Part shown: piece by piece, positions 8,848-17,930 of the stretch
How the letters are laid out: each line of letters starts with the position of its first letter
How positions within the stretch are numbered: position 1 is the stretch's first letter
DNA from: a virus
Lineage: Duplodnaviria > Caudoviricetes
Reading direction: 5' to 3' (one strand)
Virus record (IMG/VR): IMGVR_UViG_3300021387_000301
Location: 3,273-67,272 of that record
DNA: 64,000 nt
Notes under the pieces: model-generated
Seen by the model: the letters and a program-made list of their open reading frames with translations, nothing else
The model's database searches: none
What the model was told of the DNA's origin: nothing
Program-made: the position numbers and the translations under genes

Positions 8848-9855
8848 TTAGGCAAGTAACGCCTCAGCCGTAGCAATAGCCGAGAGAGCACGACGGCGGC
8901 GGGCGTTAAGTTTAGCCACCTTTGCGGCGTAGGTGGTGCCGTTGTCATCTTTGCGGCCTGTCTGCTGGCGTATGGTTATTACAGCGGCCTCAAGTTCACG
9001 CTCATTTGCGCGCAGGGCAGCAATGTTAGTCCGGAGCTGTTTGCGCTGTTTGCCGTCGGTCGTGTCGGCGTGATTATAGGCAGCGACAGCCTCAGCGGCC
9101 AGCCGCTCCGCGTCCCAACCCAGACGCGCAGCAGCGCGCGCGAAGTTAGCGAGAGAGGCGCGCAGGCTCGCAGCCTCAGCAGAGCGGGCAGCACTAATAG
9201 AGCGCTCAACGTTGACCAGGTGACGAACGGACAGCAGCGCACTAACAAGCGCAGCGGGCGTAGCGTCGGCAGGCACAGCGGCGGCGGTCACATAATCGGC
9301 GGCAGCACTGTTAGCGCGTATGGTGCCCAGTGGCAGCGCTGTTAGTGTATATTGTGTTATTTGCTCAGGCACGGCACACCCGCACACCTTTGTGAATATT
9401 TCAGCGCGAGCAGCAGCGGCGGCCAGCACATCGGCGGCACAGCAGGCGGGCGCTACATTTTCCGGGCGTTTGCTCCACGTCAGGCGGGCAGCGTTTAGCA
9501 TCTTTTCGGAGAGATCGGCAGGCAGCGCAGCCACAGCAGCAGCAACGGCGGCATATTCTTCGGAGTCCTCAAAACGTGGGCCGGAAAATTCAGCCAGTAT
9601 GGCGGCGGCTAATTCGCGCACGTTTGCAGGTTCAGCGGCCATAGTATCTGCCACCATAGCGGCGGCGAGTTGATCGGCGGCGGGCTGGTGTCCGTTTTCT
9701 TTGTGTGCAACCTCAACAGCAACGGCGGCGGCTATTTGCTCTGCGCTGTGCTCGTTGTTCTTGATCTGTTCGGCGGCTACCTTTGTGCCGTTGGCTTTGT
9801 TGCTCTTGTGGGTGCTATTCTTAACAGCTGTCCCGACGTTTTTCTTTGTTGTCAT
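8848..9855 (-). CDS. Ala-rich hypothetical early protein
   Basis: 335-aa ORF with a TTAAACACTTAAACAATTATG leader. Confidence 0.75.
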   Translation of the reverse strand: MTTKKNVGTAVKNSTHKSNKANGTKVAAEQIKNNEHSAEQIAAAVAVEVAHKENGHQPAADQLAAAMVADTMAAEPANVRELAAAILAEFSGPRFEDSEEYAAVAAAVAALPADLSEKMLNAARLTWSKRPENVAPACCAADVLAAAAARAEIFTKVCGCAVPEQITQYTLTALPLGTIRANSAAADYVTAAAVPADATPAALVSALLSVRHLVNVERSISAARSAEAASLRASLANFARAAARLGWDAERLAAEAVAAYNHADTTDGKQRKQLRTNIAALRANERELEAAVITIRQQTGRKDDNGTTYAAKVAKLNARRRRALSAIATAEALLA

Positions 9856-9902
9856 AATTGTTTAAGTGTTTAAGGGTTGTTAATGTGGGTTATTGTGTAT
9901 TA

Positions 9903-10109
9903 TTAATTATTGTGCATAGCGTGATCGAACCAGGCGAAAAGAGCAGGCGCGAAAGCGAATAAACCGCAACCCAATATAGCGGGAATTATTAGCAGCTCAT
10001 TACCGGGCGCGCAGTCGGTTACCATATTATAAGCAAATACGCCAGTTATAGCAATTCCGGCAACGATAGCCAGCGCCATAGAAAAGGAATAAGAAAAGAA
10101 TGTTTTCAT
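9903..10109 (-). CDS. small two-TM membrane protein
   Basis: 68 aa, hydrophobic, directly downstream of the promoter at 10145. Confidence 0.65.
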   Translation of the reverse strand: MKTFFSYSFSMALAIVAGIAITGVFAYNMVTDCAPGNELLIIPAILGCGLFAFAPALFAWFDHAMHNN

Positions 10110-10144
10110 AATTGTAAAATGTTTGTTTGGTTTTAATTCTGCTG

Positions 10145-10197
10145 CAAAGATAGTGCTTTATTTATAGGTATAGCAAATCCCTTTTTGACTACCTTTG
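10145..10197. promoter_or_regulatory. divergent pair of Bacteroidota -7 promoter boxes
   Basis: TATCTTTG on minus (10145-10152) and TACCTTTG on plus (10190-10197) match TAnnTTTG. Confidence 0.65.
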
Positions 10198-10585
10198 CAA
10201 AAAACATCATTTTTACACCCCGGAACACGGCAAAAAAGCAATAAATTTGCAGTTTTAACAAAATTATTTACAAAATTAACAAAGGGAGTGGGGCGATTTT
10301 CAGCGCGTAACTTGCAGAAAGACAGATTTTTAAGCCAAATTTTGGTTACATTATACGGTCTAATGCAACCTTGCATATTTGCTACAAAGTGGGGGTACAC
10401 CCCCTATTTGACAACGACAGGTCGTTACTGACCTCCCCTCGGAATTTTTTACTCATTTTTCAATTTTTTTTATTTTTCATCATCATTTAGGCCGTGTGAT
10501 GCTGTGGTGTTGGTTTGGGTGCTGTAGGGGTGCTGTTTGTTGTCATTGTGTACCAAGTGCTGTATTTTGCCTATGTTTTGGCAGT

Positions 10586-10615
10586 TCGTGGTATTTCGTG
10601 GTAATTTGTGGCAAT
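10586..10615. promoter_or_regulatory. tandem operator-like repeats
   Basis: TCGTGGTATTT / TCGTGGTAATTT / TGTGGCAAT; the middle copy is a 12-bp reverse-complement match to the repeat flanking cI. Confidence 0.55.
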
Positions 10616-10697
10616 CGCGGCTTGTTAAATATGTTAAAACTCGTTATTTTCTAACGTTTAGAATACTGATTTGTGTATGATTTGGCTTAAAACACCC

Positions 10698-10705
10698 TAT
10701 TTTTG
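10698..10705 (+). promoter_or_regulatory. -7 promoter box for the helicase operon
   Basis: TATTTTTG about 100 bp upstream of the ATG at 10807. Confidence 0.5.
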
Positions 10706-10806
10706 TGCAGAAAATGTATGATTGAACACACATATATAATATATTATAATATTTTATTAATATTATTATTATAAGTCTATATATATAATCATTATATTCA
10801 TATAAT

Positions 10807-12282
10807 ATGGCGTTGAAGGAATTTGAAGCTGTCAGTGATGTTTCTGCCTATGCTGAAGGATTGAGTCGTTGTATCTCCCGTGATGCTATGGTGTCGGCTT
10901 ACCAGCAGGCGAGCAGGGGCAGCAGGCTGTTTGCCTATTCGGATATCTTGCTGGGTAGTTGCAGGGAGTATTTCCGTGGCAGGAATGGTGTTGTGTACGT
11001 CCATGACGGCCGTGTATGGAAGCCGATTAGTCAGGATGTGTTCAGGTTGATAGTCCGTGATGCTTTCATCCGTGCGGCTGACAATGGCTCTGACCGCGTG
11101 AAGGGCGACTGGGTGAGTACCGAGAAGAAATTGCTGGACTATGCTTATAGTGGAGCTTGCAGTGTGTTGTTGCCGTTCAATCCTATGTTGGTAGGTTTCG
11201 TGAATGGTGTATGGGATTTCTCGGATGTTGATGAGCCGCGTCACATCAAGTTTTCGGAGCGTCCTCCTGTTGTTGAGTTGTTGCCGTACAAGTATGATGA
11301 GAAGGCTGTATGTCCGGTATGGGATAGTTTCCTGCATACTATGTTGCCTGAGCGTGACATAAGGGTGTTGCAGAAGTTCTTTGGTTTGGGTTGTGTTGAC
11401 AGGAAGTCGATGGCCAATGTTGTTGAGGAATCGTTGTGGCTGGTGGGTGCTGGTGCCAATGGCAAGAGCACTATCGAGAGGGTGTTGATGGGTGTCTTCG
11501 GCAAGTGGAATGTGAGCAACACCTCTTTGGATTCCTTGCTGGATAGGAATGTTGATGCGCGTATGCGTGCTATGGCGAGTGTGGAGGGCAGGATGTTCAA
11601 TATCTGCGAGGAGATAAGCGGTACGGATATTGAGAGGGGGAGTGATATGTTCAAGGGTCTTGTCAGCGGCAGTCCTCAGCCAGCGCGTGGCATAGGCCGT
11701 GATATATGGACGGTGTATGATGTGCCGTTCCTGCTGTTCTCAATGAATCAGATTCCTCAGAACAAGAGGATGGATGATGCTTTCCGTCGCCGTATGGTGG
11801 TGATACGTTTCCGTTCGAGCGTGCGTGCCGAGGATATGGATCGTGGTTTGGCGTCGAAGCTGGTGTCGGAGTATTCGGGCATCAGGAACTGGGCGTTGCG
11901 GGGAGTGTCGTTGCTGGCTGATGATTTGTGGCATCTGGGTGGCGGCGGCAGCGGCCTTGATGATGAGACGGTGGACACTATGTTGCAGAGCGGCCTTACC
12001 GTCGATGTGTGGAAGGAGGCCGTGGGTATCTCCGCCTCGCGCCATGTGGGCCACGATGATGATGAGGTATGTGTCAGCGTGCGTTCGTGCGAGTTGTATT
12101 CCGACTATTCCTCCTACTGCAAGAACCGCCTGCTGTGCGAGCCGTGCACGCAGAACCAGTTCGGCCGTGATATGTCGCGGCTGTTCTTCAAGAGCGTGCG
12201 CAAGTCGTGCGGCAAGTGCTATGAGATATACTGCGATGCCCGCAGCAAGTTCAACAACCAAAAGAACGTCGTCAATGGATAA
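10807..12282 (+). CDS. D5/P4-family SF3 helicase (primase-associated C-terminal type)
   Basis: VGFVNGVWD D5_N-like segment, Walker A GAGANGKST, Walker B ICEE, motif C SMNQ, RRMVVIRF. Confidence 0.85.
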   Translation: MALKEFEAVSDVSAYAEGLSRCISRDAMVSAYQQASRGSRLFAYSDILLGSCREYFRGRNGVVYVHDGRVWKPISQDVFRLIVRDAFIRAADNGSDRVKGDWVSTEKKLLDYAYSGACSVLLPFNPMLVGFVNGVWDFSDVDEPRHIKFSERPPVVELLPYKYDEKAVCPVWDSFLHTMLPERDIRVLQKFFGLGCVDRKSMANVVEESLWLVGAGANGKSTIERVLMGVFGKWNVSNTSLDSLLDRNVDARMRAMASVEGRMFNICEEISGTDIERGSDMFKGLVSGSPQPARGIGRDIWTVYDVPFLLFSMNQIPQNKRMDDAFRRRMVVIRFRSSVRAEDMDRGLASKLVSEYSGIRNWALRGVSLLADDLWHLGGGGSGLDDETVDTMLQSGLTVDVWKEAVGISASRHVGHDDDEVCVSVRSCELYSDYSSYCKNRLLCEPCTQNQFGRDMSRLFFKSVRKSCGKCYEIYCDARSKFNNQKNVVNG

Positions 12283-12526
12283 GTTTGTAAGGCTTGATGT
12301 CGTCAACCGCGTGTCGGGCAGTGTCACGGAGCGCTGGTTCAACATCCGATATATCAAGAGTGTGCAGCCGGGTACCAACAGCGTCCTTATGCACGGTGCC
12401 AACGGCTATTTCTTCGTCACTGCCGAGAGTATGTGGCGGCTGATGGCCGTCTTGGAGCGTGAGAGCGCGTGGGTGCGCCTGTGTTCGTGGTTCTCGCGCA
12501 GTCTGCGGCGTCTGCTGCATCGTTGA
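12275..12526 (+). CDS. hypothetical protein
   Basis: MDKFVRLDVV... starts overlapping the helicase stop. Confidence 0.6.
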   Translation: MDKFVRLDVVNRVSGSVTERWFNIRYIKSVQPGTNSVLMHGANGYFFVTAESMWRLMAVLERESAWVRLCSWFSRSLRRLLHR

Positions 12527-12558
12527 AACTATTGTTTAACCCCTAAAAATAATTTTCT

Positions 12559-12801
12559 ATGGCTATTGTACAAGAAGACAAGGCACGCCAGCTGCCGAAG
12601 GTCACTGCTACCGCCTATGGTGCGGAGTATGTCGAGGCTGGCACGGAGAACGCTCCCAAGGAGGCTGTGAAAGCACCCGCTGAGGCCGTCGAGGTTCCTG
12701 AAATGGCTTTTGAGATTCCCGCCGAGGGCGTCGCTGAGGCCGTCGAGGCTCCCAAGAGTGAGAAGAAACCCAAAGGTCGCACTCCTAAAGGCAAGAAATG
12801 A
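12559..12801 (+). CDS. hypothetical protein, Ala/Glu-rich with basic tail
   Basis: 80 aa with a TAACCCCTAAAA leader. Confidence 0.7.
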   Translation: MAIVQEDKARQLPKVTATAYGAEYVEAGTENAPKEAVKAPAEAVEVPEMAFEIPAEGVAEAVEAPKSEKKPKGRTPKGKK

Positions 12802-13055
12802 TGGACGCCCGCAAGAAGAGGATGCTCAGGGCTTTCGTCGGTTCTCTCACCGAGGCTGAGGCCCGCGATGAGCTGTTCCTCGCCTATGTGATGATGGAGG
12901 ACTGCCTCGCCATTCTCCGTGGCGAAAAGGCTCCGAGACCCGTGGTTATGCGCGACAACGGCCTCTCCAGCGACCTTGAACTGTATTACACCTGCCTGGA
13001 GCGCATGAGCCAGGTCAGGGAACTTAAAAAATCCGACAATGGAAAAGAAGAGTAA
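12798..13055 (+). CDS. hypothetical protein
   Basis: ATGA overlap with the previous gene. Confidence 0.7.
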   Translation: MMDARKKRMLRAFVGSLTEAEARDELFLAYVMMEDCLAILRGEKAPRPVVMRDNGLSSDLELYYTCLERMSQVRELKKSDNGKEE

Positions 13056-13635
13056 CCCCATTCCCTATGTGGGATGCCTGCGCGTGGGCAACTACCGCCT
13101 CTGGCGCAGCAAGATCAACAAAGGCACGAAGAAAGCCGTCGATGCCATCTTTGTAGCCGATGCCGCCAACCAGTGGCAGACGCGCGTTGTGGAGACCTCT
13201 ACGATGTATGCCTCCATTATGGATGCCTGCAATGGTGCCGACGAGGCTGTCCGCGACGGTTTCCTCGAAATGCTGTTCACGAATATGTTCCGCGTATGCA
13301 CTATGGCCTCCGTGCCTCTGCACGATGGTTTCTCGGTGCTGTGCGAAATGCTCACGCTGCCGTATCTCCTGCTGTCCAAGCGCGACATGAAGAAACGTCT
13401 CGTCCGGGGCTTGAAGAAAGCGGGTATGAAACGCAAGGAGCGCAAGGCTCACGTCTCCAAGATGCTCGAATACCGCAAAGACCTCTACAAGGTTATCGAC
13501 GACCGCATCGCAGGCATCGTGGAGGACTACGAGCGCTCTATGGATGAACGCCTCGCCGCCGAGCCGGAGGCTGAGAAAGCCCTCGATCACGACGAGGTGG
13601 CGGAGCAGGCTTTCGCCGTTTTGGAGAAAGAGTAA
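13039..13635 (+). CDS. hypothetical protein
   Basis: 198 aa, followed by a terminator. Confidence 0.75.
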   Translation: MEKKSNPIPYVGCLRVGNYRLWRSKINKGTKKAVDAIFVADAANQWQTRVVETSTMYASIMDACNGADEAVRDGFLEMLFTNMFRVCTMASVPLHDGFSVLCEMLTLPYLLLSKRDMKKRLVRGLKKAGMKRKERKAHVSKMLEYRKDLYKVIDDRIAGIVEDYERSMDERLAAEPEAEKALDHDEVAEQAFAVLEKE

Positions 13636-13636
13636 T

Positions 13637-13675
13637 AAAAAAAGCCCCGCACATCAGAGTGGACATGTGCGGGGC
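13637..13675. terminator. intrinsic terminator hairpin
   Basis: GCCCCGCACAT-loop-ATGTGCGGGGC with an A7 flank, giving a U-tract for minus-strand transcripts. Confidence 0.75.
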
Positions 13676-13748
13676 GAAGGGGTTGTCTCTTGAACTTTTG
13701 GACGGTGAAAGAGACGGCGAACTCCGAAAGAGGGGATGGCGAAGTTTG
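13637..13748 (-). ncRNA. putative small RNA of about 110 nt
   Basis: Full TTTG-N20-TATCTTTG promoter (13754-13785, minus) directly upstream of the terminator with no convincing ORF between. Confidence 0.4.
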
Positions 13749-13954
13749 CGCTGCAAAGATACCGACAATTTTTCATACGCGCAAATTTTTTTCCATTTTT
13801 GTTTATTCTGATGGCGGGTTGGCCTGGGAAGGTCGGCCCGTTTTGTTAATTTATGGCACATTTTTTCTTCATATTACCCACCCTACCCTATTTTTATGTA
13901 ATCCGAAATCTTTTTGTGCCATAAAAAAGCGGACTTTTCAGCCCGCCTTGCTTG

Positions 13955-14551
13955 TCATTGCGGGTTCTCCCACTCCCTGCGCCTCTCCCTGATGTCGGGG
14001 TCGGTCTGCTCTATGATGCTTTGCAGCTCATCCGGGCGCAGCCGCCTATCCCACTGCTCGTAGGGCTTGCCGTTGTTCTTCTTGGCTATGTAGCCGTTGT
14101 AGGCCGTCAGCAGGGGGCATCGCTCGCAGTCTATGGAGAGGAAGAACTGCACGGGGTCCTCATCGTTGCCCGTGGCATCTTTCTTCATCTGCTGTAGGTC
14201 CGCGAGTTTCATCAGGAGTTCGGCTTTCAGCTTGGGGTCTTTGGTCTGGTTGATGAGGCTGTTGAGGTCGCGTGCCACCGTTTCCTTGTCGCGGAGGTCC
14301 ACGGCCTCGGCCGAGAACTTATGCGCCGCAGAGCGTTCCTCGTAGGCGCGCTGGTAGCCCTCGCTGCGCATTTCGCTCTCGCGCTCGGCAATCTTCATCT
14401 TCGCCGAGGTCATGGAGCGCTCGGAGTAGGCTATGTCGAAAGCCTCGGATTCGGTGTAGCCGCTTAGGATGAGATCGGCCATAATGATGTGGTTCTCTTT
14501 GCAGCCTATGCGGCTGGCTTCTTTCTTAAGTCTTGGTGATGGGTTAAGCAT
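13955..14551 (-). CDS. hypothetical protein, possible terminase small subunit
   Basis: Start MLNPSP; helical, LMKLADL and CERCP motifs; last gene of the packaging operon (position-based call). Confidence 0.45.
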   Translation of the reverse strand: MLNPSPRLKKEASRIGCKENHIIMADLILSGYTESEAFDIAYSERSMTSAKMKIAERESEMRSEGYQRAYEERSAAHKFSAEAVDLRDKETVARDLNSLINQTKDPKLKAELLMKLADLQQMKKDATGNDEDPVQFFLSIDCERCPLLTAYNGYIAKKNNGKPYEQWDRRLRPDELQSIIEQTDPDIRERRREWENPQ

Positions 14552-14553
14552 AG

Positions 14554-15420
14554 TCAAATAAGTTGTTGAAGATAAACGGGTACGGGATAGCAGCAGCAGT
14601 GCGAATGGAACGGCGGGAAAGAGTCGGTGTCCTCTATGGTGTGGAAACCCACGTAGGAGTCGCAGAGGGCGCAGGGGAAGTTGCTGCCGCGCAGGACGTA
14701 GTAGCCTGCCACGCCATCTGCCACATAGTCCATAAAGAGGTTGCGCATCCACGTCATTTGCAATGTGGTGCGTCCGAAACGCAGGATATTGACGGCCTCG
14801 GAGGATGAGCTGCCCCTATTGCCGTGTTTTACCCCCATAGAGCGTATGTACGGGCTTCTTGTACGTGCTGCGGCAGCGAAGGCTCTCTGCATTTCCTTGG
14901 AGCTGTAGACGGCCGTTAGATGGCTTTTGATGTGTGCTATCGTCTGCGCCTCGGTCAGCTTGGATAGCTTGCAGGCCACTATCATAGCCTCTATGTCGCG
15001 CAGGAACACCGCGAGGCGCGTGTGTAGTGTCTGTTGCAGGTCGCGGCCGTTCCTGCCGAGCAGTGCAATCCACGCCATAAGCGCCTCGCGCCGTTCCTCT
15101 TCCTTGGTACATAGCGTAGAGTATTCTATCACGGTATCGAGGATGTCGGATTCCGTGACATCCATAATATCCGCTATCTCGCGGAACATATCGGCATTGG
15201 TGTCATAGGATATCTCGAACTGCTCGGCGGGGATATGGTACGAGAGGGCTATGGGGACTATCTCGTCTGCCGCCTCGATGAGCAAGTCCTCTATGCGTGC
15301 GTCGAGAGCCGCCGCGACACGTTCACGCCGCAGGACGTAGTTCTTGGATTTCCTTATGTCTTCCTCCGTGACGGGCTGGTAGCCCGCAGGGAGCGTGATG
15401 TGTATTGTATTGTCAGGCAT
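14554..15420 (-). CDS. minor head morphogenesis protein (SPP1 gp7 / Mu F-like)
   Basis: C-terminal CALC...PPFHSHCCC matches the PP.HP.CRC signature. Confidence 0.75.
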   Translation of the reverse strand: MPDNTIHITLPAGYQPVTEEDIRKSKNYVLRRERVAAALDARIEDLLIEAADEIVPIALSYHIPAEQFEISYDTNADMFREIADIMDVTESDILDTVIEYSTLCTKEEERREALMAWIALLGRNGRDLQQTLHTRLAVFLRDIEAMIVACKLSKLTEAQTIAHIKSHLTAVYSSKEMQRAFAAAARTRSPYIRSMGVKHGNRGSSSSEAVNILRFGRTTLQMTWMRNLFMDYVADGVAGYYVLRGSNFPCALCDSYVGFHTIEDTDSFPPFHSHCCCYPVPVYLQQLI

Positions 15421-15422
15421 TG

Positions 15423-16082
15423 TTATATCCAGTCTAAGATGGTAGGACCTTTATACCCTTTCCTCCAGACCCACCAGGCGTAGGCCACGGCGCTGCCGCC
15501 GTGTGCGCGCATATAGCCGAAATCCGCGTTCTTGGCGCACAGCACGCGCTCCACGCATTGCAGGACAAATTGGGGGGGGGGGGGGATAATTTTGAATATC
15601 TCGTTGTAGCGCGCCTTGCCCTCGGCGAAGGTGGTCTTAAGGAACATACATACGTAGCCGCCTTCGGGTACGAGGTCCAAAGCGTGCAGCACGAACGCCT
15701 TGGCATATTTGTACGGAGGGTTCGTGACGATGGAGAAAGCACCCTCGAAAGGCGGCTCGGTCATATCGAAGAAATTGCACCTCTCGCCGTAGCCCCGGTC
15801 GATGAGGTCGTAACTCTTGACATCGTAGCCGCGCTCCGTAAGGCGCTCAGAGAGACACCCCGTGCCGCAGGCAGGCTCCAAGACCTGCTTGTTGATGCTG
15901 ATTTTCTTAAGGAGCAGGTCGATGGCGGCGGGGTCGGTGGCGTAGAAATCATTTTTCTCGCGCTCTTTGTCGGTGTGGTTGCTCGCACCCATAATCTTGA
16001 AGATGCTGTGGAACGAGCCAGTCCAGTCTTTGTCGGTCATAGTGGTTTTGGGATAGAATGACGGCGGCAGCGTATAGGCCAC
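15423..16082 (-). CDS. N6-adenine (amino) DNA methyltransferase
   Basis: SAM-binding LEPACGTG and catalytic NPPY; start may be MTDKDW at 16040. Confidence 0.85.
   Translation of the reverse strand: MAYTLPPSFYPKTTMTDKDWTGSFHSIFKIMGASNHTDKEREKNDFYATDPAAIDLLLKKISINKQVLEPACGTGCLSERLTERGYDVKSYDLIDRGYGERCNFFDMTEPPFEGAFSIVTNPPYKYAKAFVLHALDLVPEGGYVCMFLKTTFAEGKARYNEIFKIIPPPPQFVLQCVERVLCAKNADFGYMRAHGGSAVAYAWWVWRKGYKGPTILDWI
15572..15585 (-). repeat. C14 homopolymer within the MTase coding sequence
   Basis: ATC CCC CCC CCC CCC CAA encodes IPPPPQ; currently in frame. Confidence 0.9.
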
Positions 16083-16100
16083 TGCCGCCGTGGGTTAGTG

Positions 16101-17864
16101 TCAGTGTGTGCTGTTCCAGCTTTGCCAGTTGTTCTCATTGGCACGGTTGCCCCATTTGTCCGTGCCTACGGTGCGAGGACGCCCGCGACCTCGGCCAGTG
16201 GCCACGTTGCCCTTGCGTGCGCGGACCTTGTTGGCTTCATCGTCGTCGCTGCTCTCTTCGGATGTGCCGTTGTTGACATCGGCCTGAGCCTCGATAACAT
16301 TGATCTGTTGCTCGGTCTGGATGTCCGCAAGCTGCTCCTGGGTCTCCACGGTGTTCTCCTGCTGTATGTCGAGGCGCTGCTCTTCGAGAAGGAGTTCCTG
16401 CATCTTCTCGTCGTGCTGCTCTTTCTCGATGCGTTTCCATTCCTGCGGCGTGGAGAAATAGAACTTCTCCGATGCCGTGCGGCGTGAGCAGAACTTGTTC
16501 TGCACGGCCATAGCGAGGTTCGTGGTGACTTCCTGGTCGTTGACGGGCAGGAAAGGAGTTACGTAGAAACTGATGCGGGTGTTGAGGAAATTGAGCCTGT
16601 TCTGGCTTTCTATGCCGTAGCCCCACTTGAAGATGTCGATAACCTTGCGTATAAACTCATCATACTCCTGTGCTTCGAGCATCGCCTTGTTGTAGGAATC
16701 CGAATACAGCAGCTTGATGGCGGCTGCGGGAGTGTCCCCGGATTTGAGTTCCGGGGCCTTGATGACCATCGACTGCGAGTATATCTTGGCTTCCAGCATA
16801 TCGAGCTCCGTCTTGTAGGCGTTGGAGGCATCCTGTCTGTTCAGGAACTCTGCCTTACCCTCGGCGGGTATGATGAATATCTTGGAGGCATAGGACATAT
16901 TCTTCGTGGAGATTTCCTTTATCTGCTTGCCTGAGCCGTAGAGGCCGAGGATAGGCAGGCCGAAATCGTGGTTGTTCTGCGCCAGACGCGAGAAAGCGGC
17001 CTCGCGGTGTTCTATCGTCTCCTGCGAGGGCGACCATACGGGACCGTCGTTGCGGCGGTGGTATGAGAAAGGAGCGTAAGGCCATCCGTGCGGCTCCATA
17101 TATTCAAGGCCGTAGCCGTCCAGGCTGAACTCTTGAAGAATAGGTGTCTTGTCCTCTTCGACGATATTTTCGCCGCCCGACACGAAACGGTAGTAGTATT
17201 TGTCGTCCCATACATCGACATACTGGTGCGTCTCGCCATCATCGCCGAACTCGCTGTAGGTGCGTGCGAGGACCGAGGGCTTGCCCGTGCGGCGGTCGTA
17301 ATGAGGATAGAGGACATCGCCGTTCTCGTAGGAGAAAACCTTCCACTCGAACTTGCCTTTATCCATATAGCCCACGAAGGCGGTGTCGCCCACGGACATA
17401 GAGGCTTTGGCGGCATAGTGCCAGGCGTTCTCCATACGTTTGTCAGCCCACCCCGCCTTGAAATCGGCATAGATGCGCCAGCTCTCTTCCGAATCATCCT
17501 CTTCGGCGAGGTCGAACTGCACATCGTTGCCCGTGAGGCGCGCGAGGCGATCATCGAGGATTTCCTGCTGGTAGGCGAAGGCATAGCGCGGGAAGTCCTC
17601 TTCGTAGTAGAGGCCGTCCTTGCCCTCGCGGTAGTTGATGTAGACGTTCGGGTCGTTGATGGCGTGGCTGCTGGGGTCGAGTTCACGGAGGAAATCGGCC
17701 TGCGTCACCTCGGTGTAAACAACACCATCAGGCATTAGGGGCTTTTCTCCCACATTATGCAACGCTGCGGCATCAGACCTCGGTGAGGCTTCGGGGGAAA
17801 TGCGGTAGAACGGCTTTTTCGTCAGCAGCCCCCGCTTTCTCTTTTTAACGTTTTGTTGTTCCAT
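16101..17864 (-). CDS. portal protein (SPP1-like)
   Basis: 587 aa next to the terminase; DTPAAAIKLLY segment resembles the SPP1-portal SG.A.. motif. Confidence 0.8.
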   Translation of the reverse strand: MEQQNVKKRKRGLLTKKPFYRISPEASPRSDAAALHNVGEKPLMPDGVVYTEVTQADFLRELDPSSHAINDPNVYINYREGKDGLYYEEDFPRYAFAYQQEILDDRLARLTGNDVQFDLAEEDDSEESWRIYADFKAGWADKRMENAWHYAAKASMSVGDTAFVGYMDKGKFEWKVFSYENGDVLYPHYDRRTGKPSVLARTYSEFGDDGETHQYVDVWDDKYYYRFVSGGENIVEEDKTPILQEFSLDGYGLEYMEPHGWPYAPFSYHRRNDGPVWSPSQETIEHREAAFSRLAQNNHDFGLPILGLYGSGKQIKEISTKNMSYASKIFIIPAEGKAEFLNRQDASNAYKTELDMLEAKIYSQSMVIKAPELKSGDTPAAAIKLLYSDSYNKAMLEAQEYDEFIRKVIDIFKWGYGIESQNRLNFLNTRISFYVTPFLPVNDQEVTTNLAMAVQNKFCSRRTASEKFYFSTPQEWKRIEKEQHDEKMQELLLEEQRLDIQQENTVETQEQLADIQTEQQINVIEAQADVNNGTSEESSDDDEANKVRARKGNVATGRGRGRPRTVGTDKWGNRANENNWQSWNSTH

Positions 17865-17930
17865 AATAAAAAGGGTTTATGGTCGTGGGCTACGGGTCTC
17901 GTGACCGTCTGACCTTGGTTAATAAAAAAA

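Noticed and set aside
7905-8873. 322-aa plus-strand ORF as a confident CDS
   Set aside because: Low complexity and T-poor, so stops are rare by chance; it opposes local transcription. Kept only as an open question in the findings.
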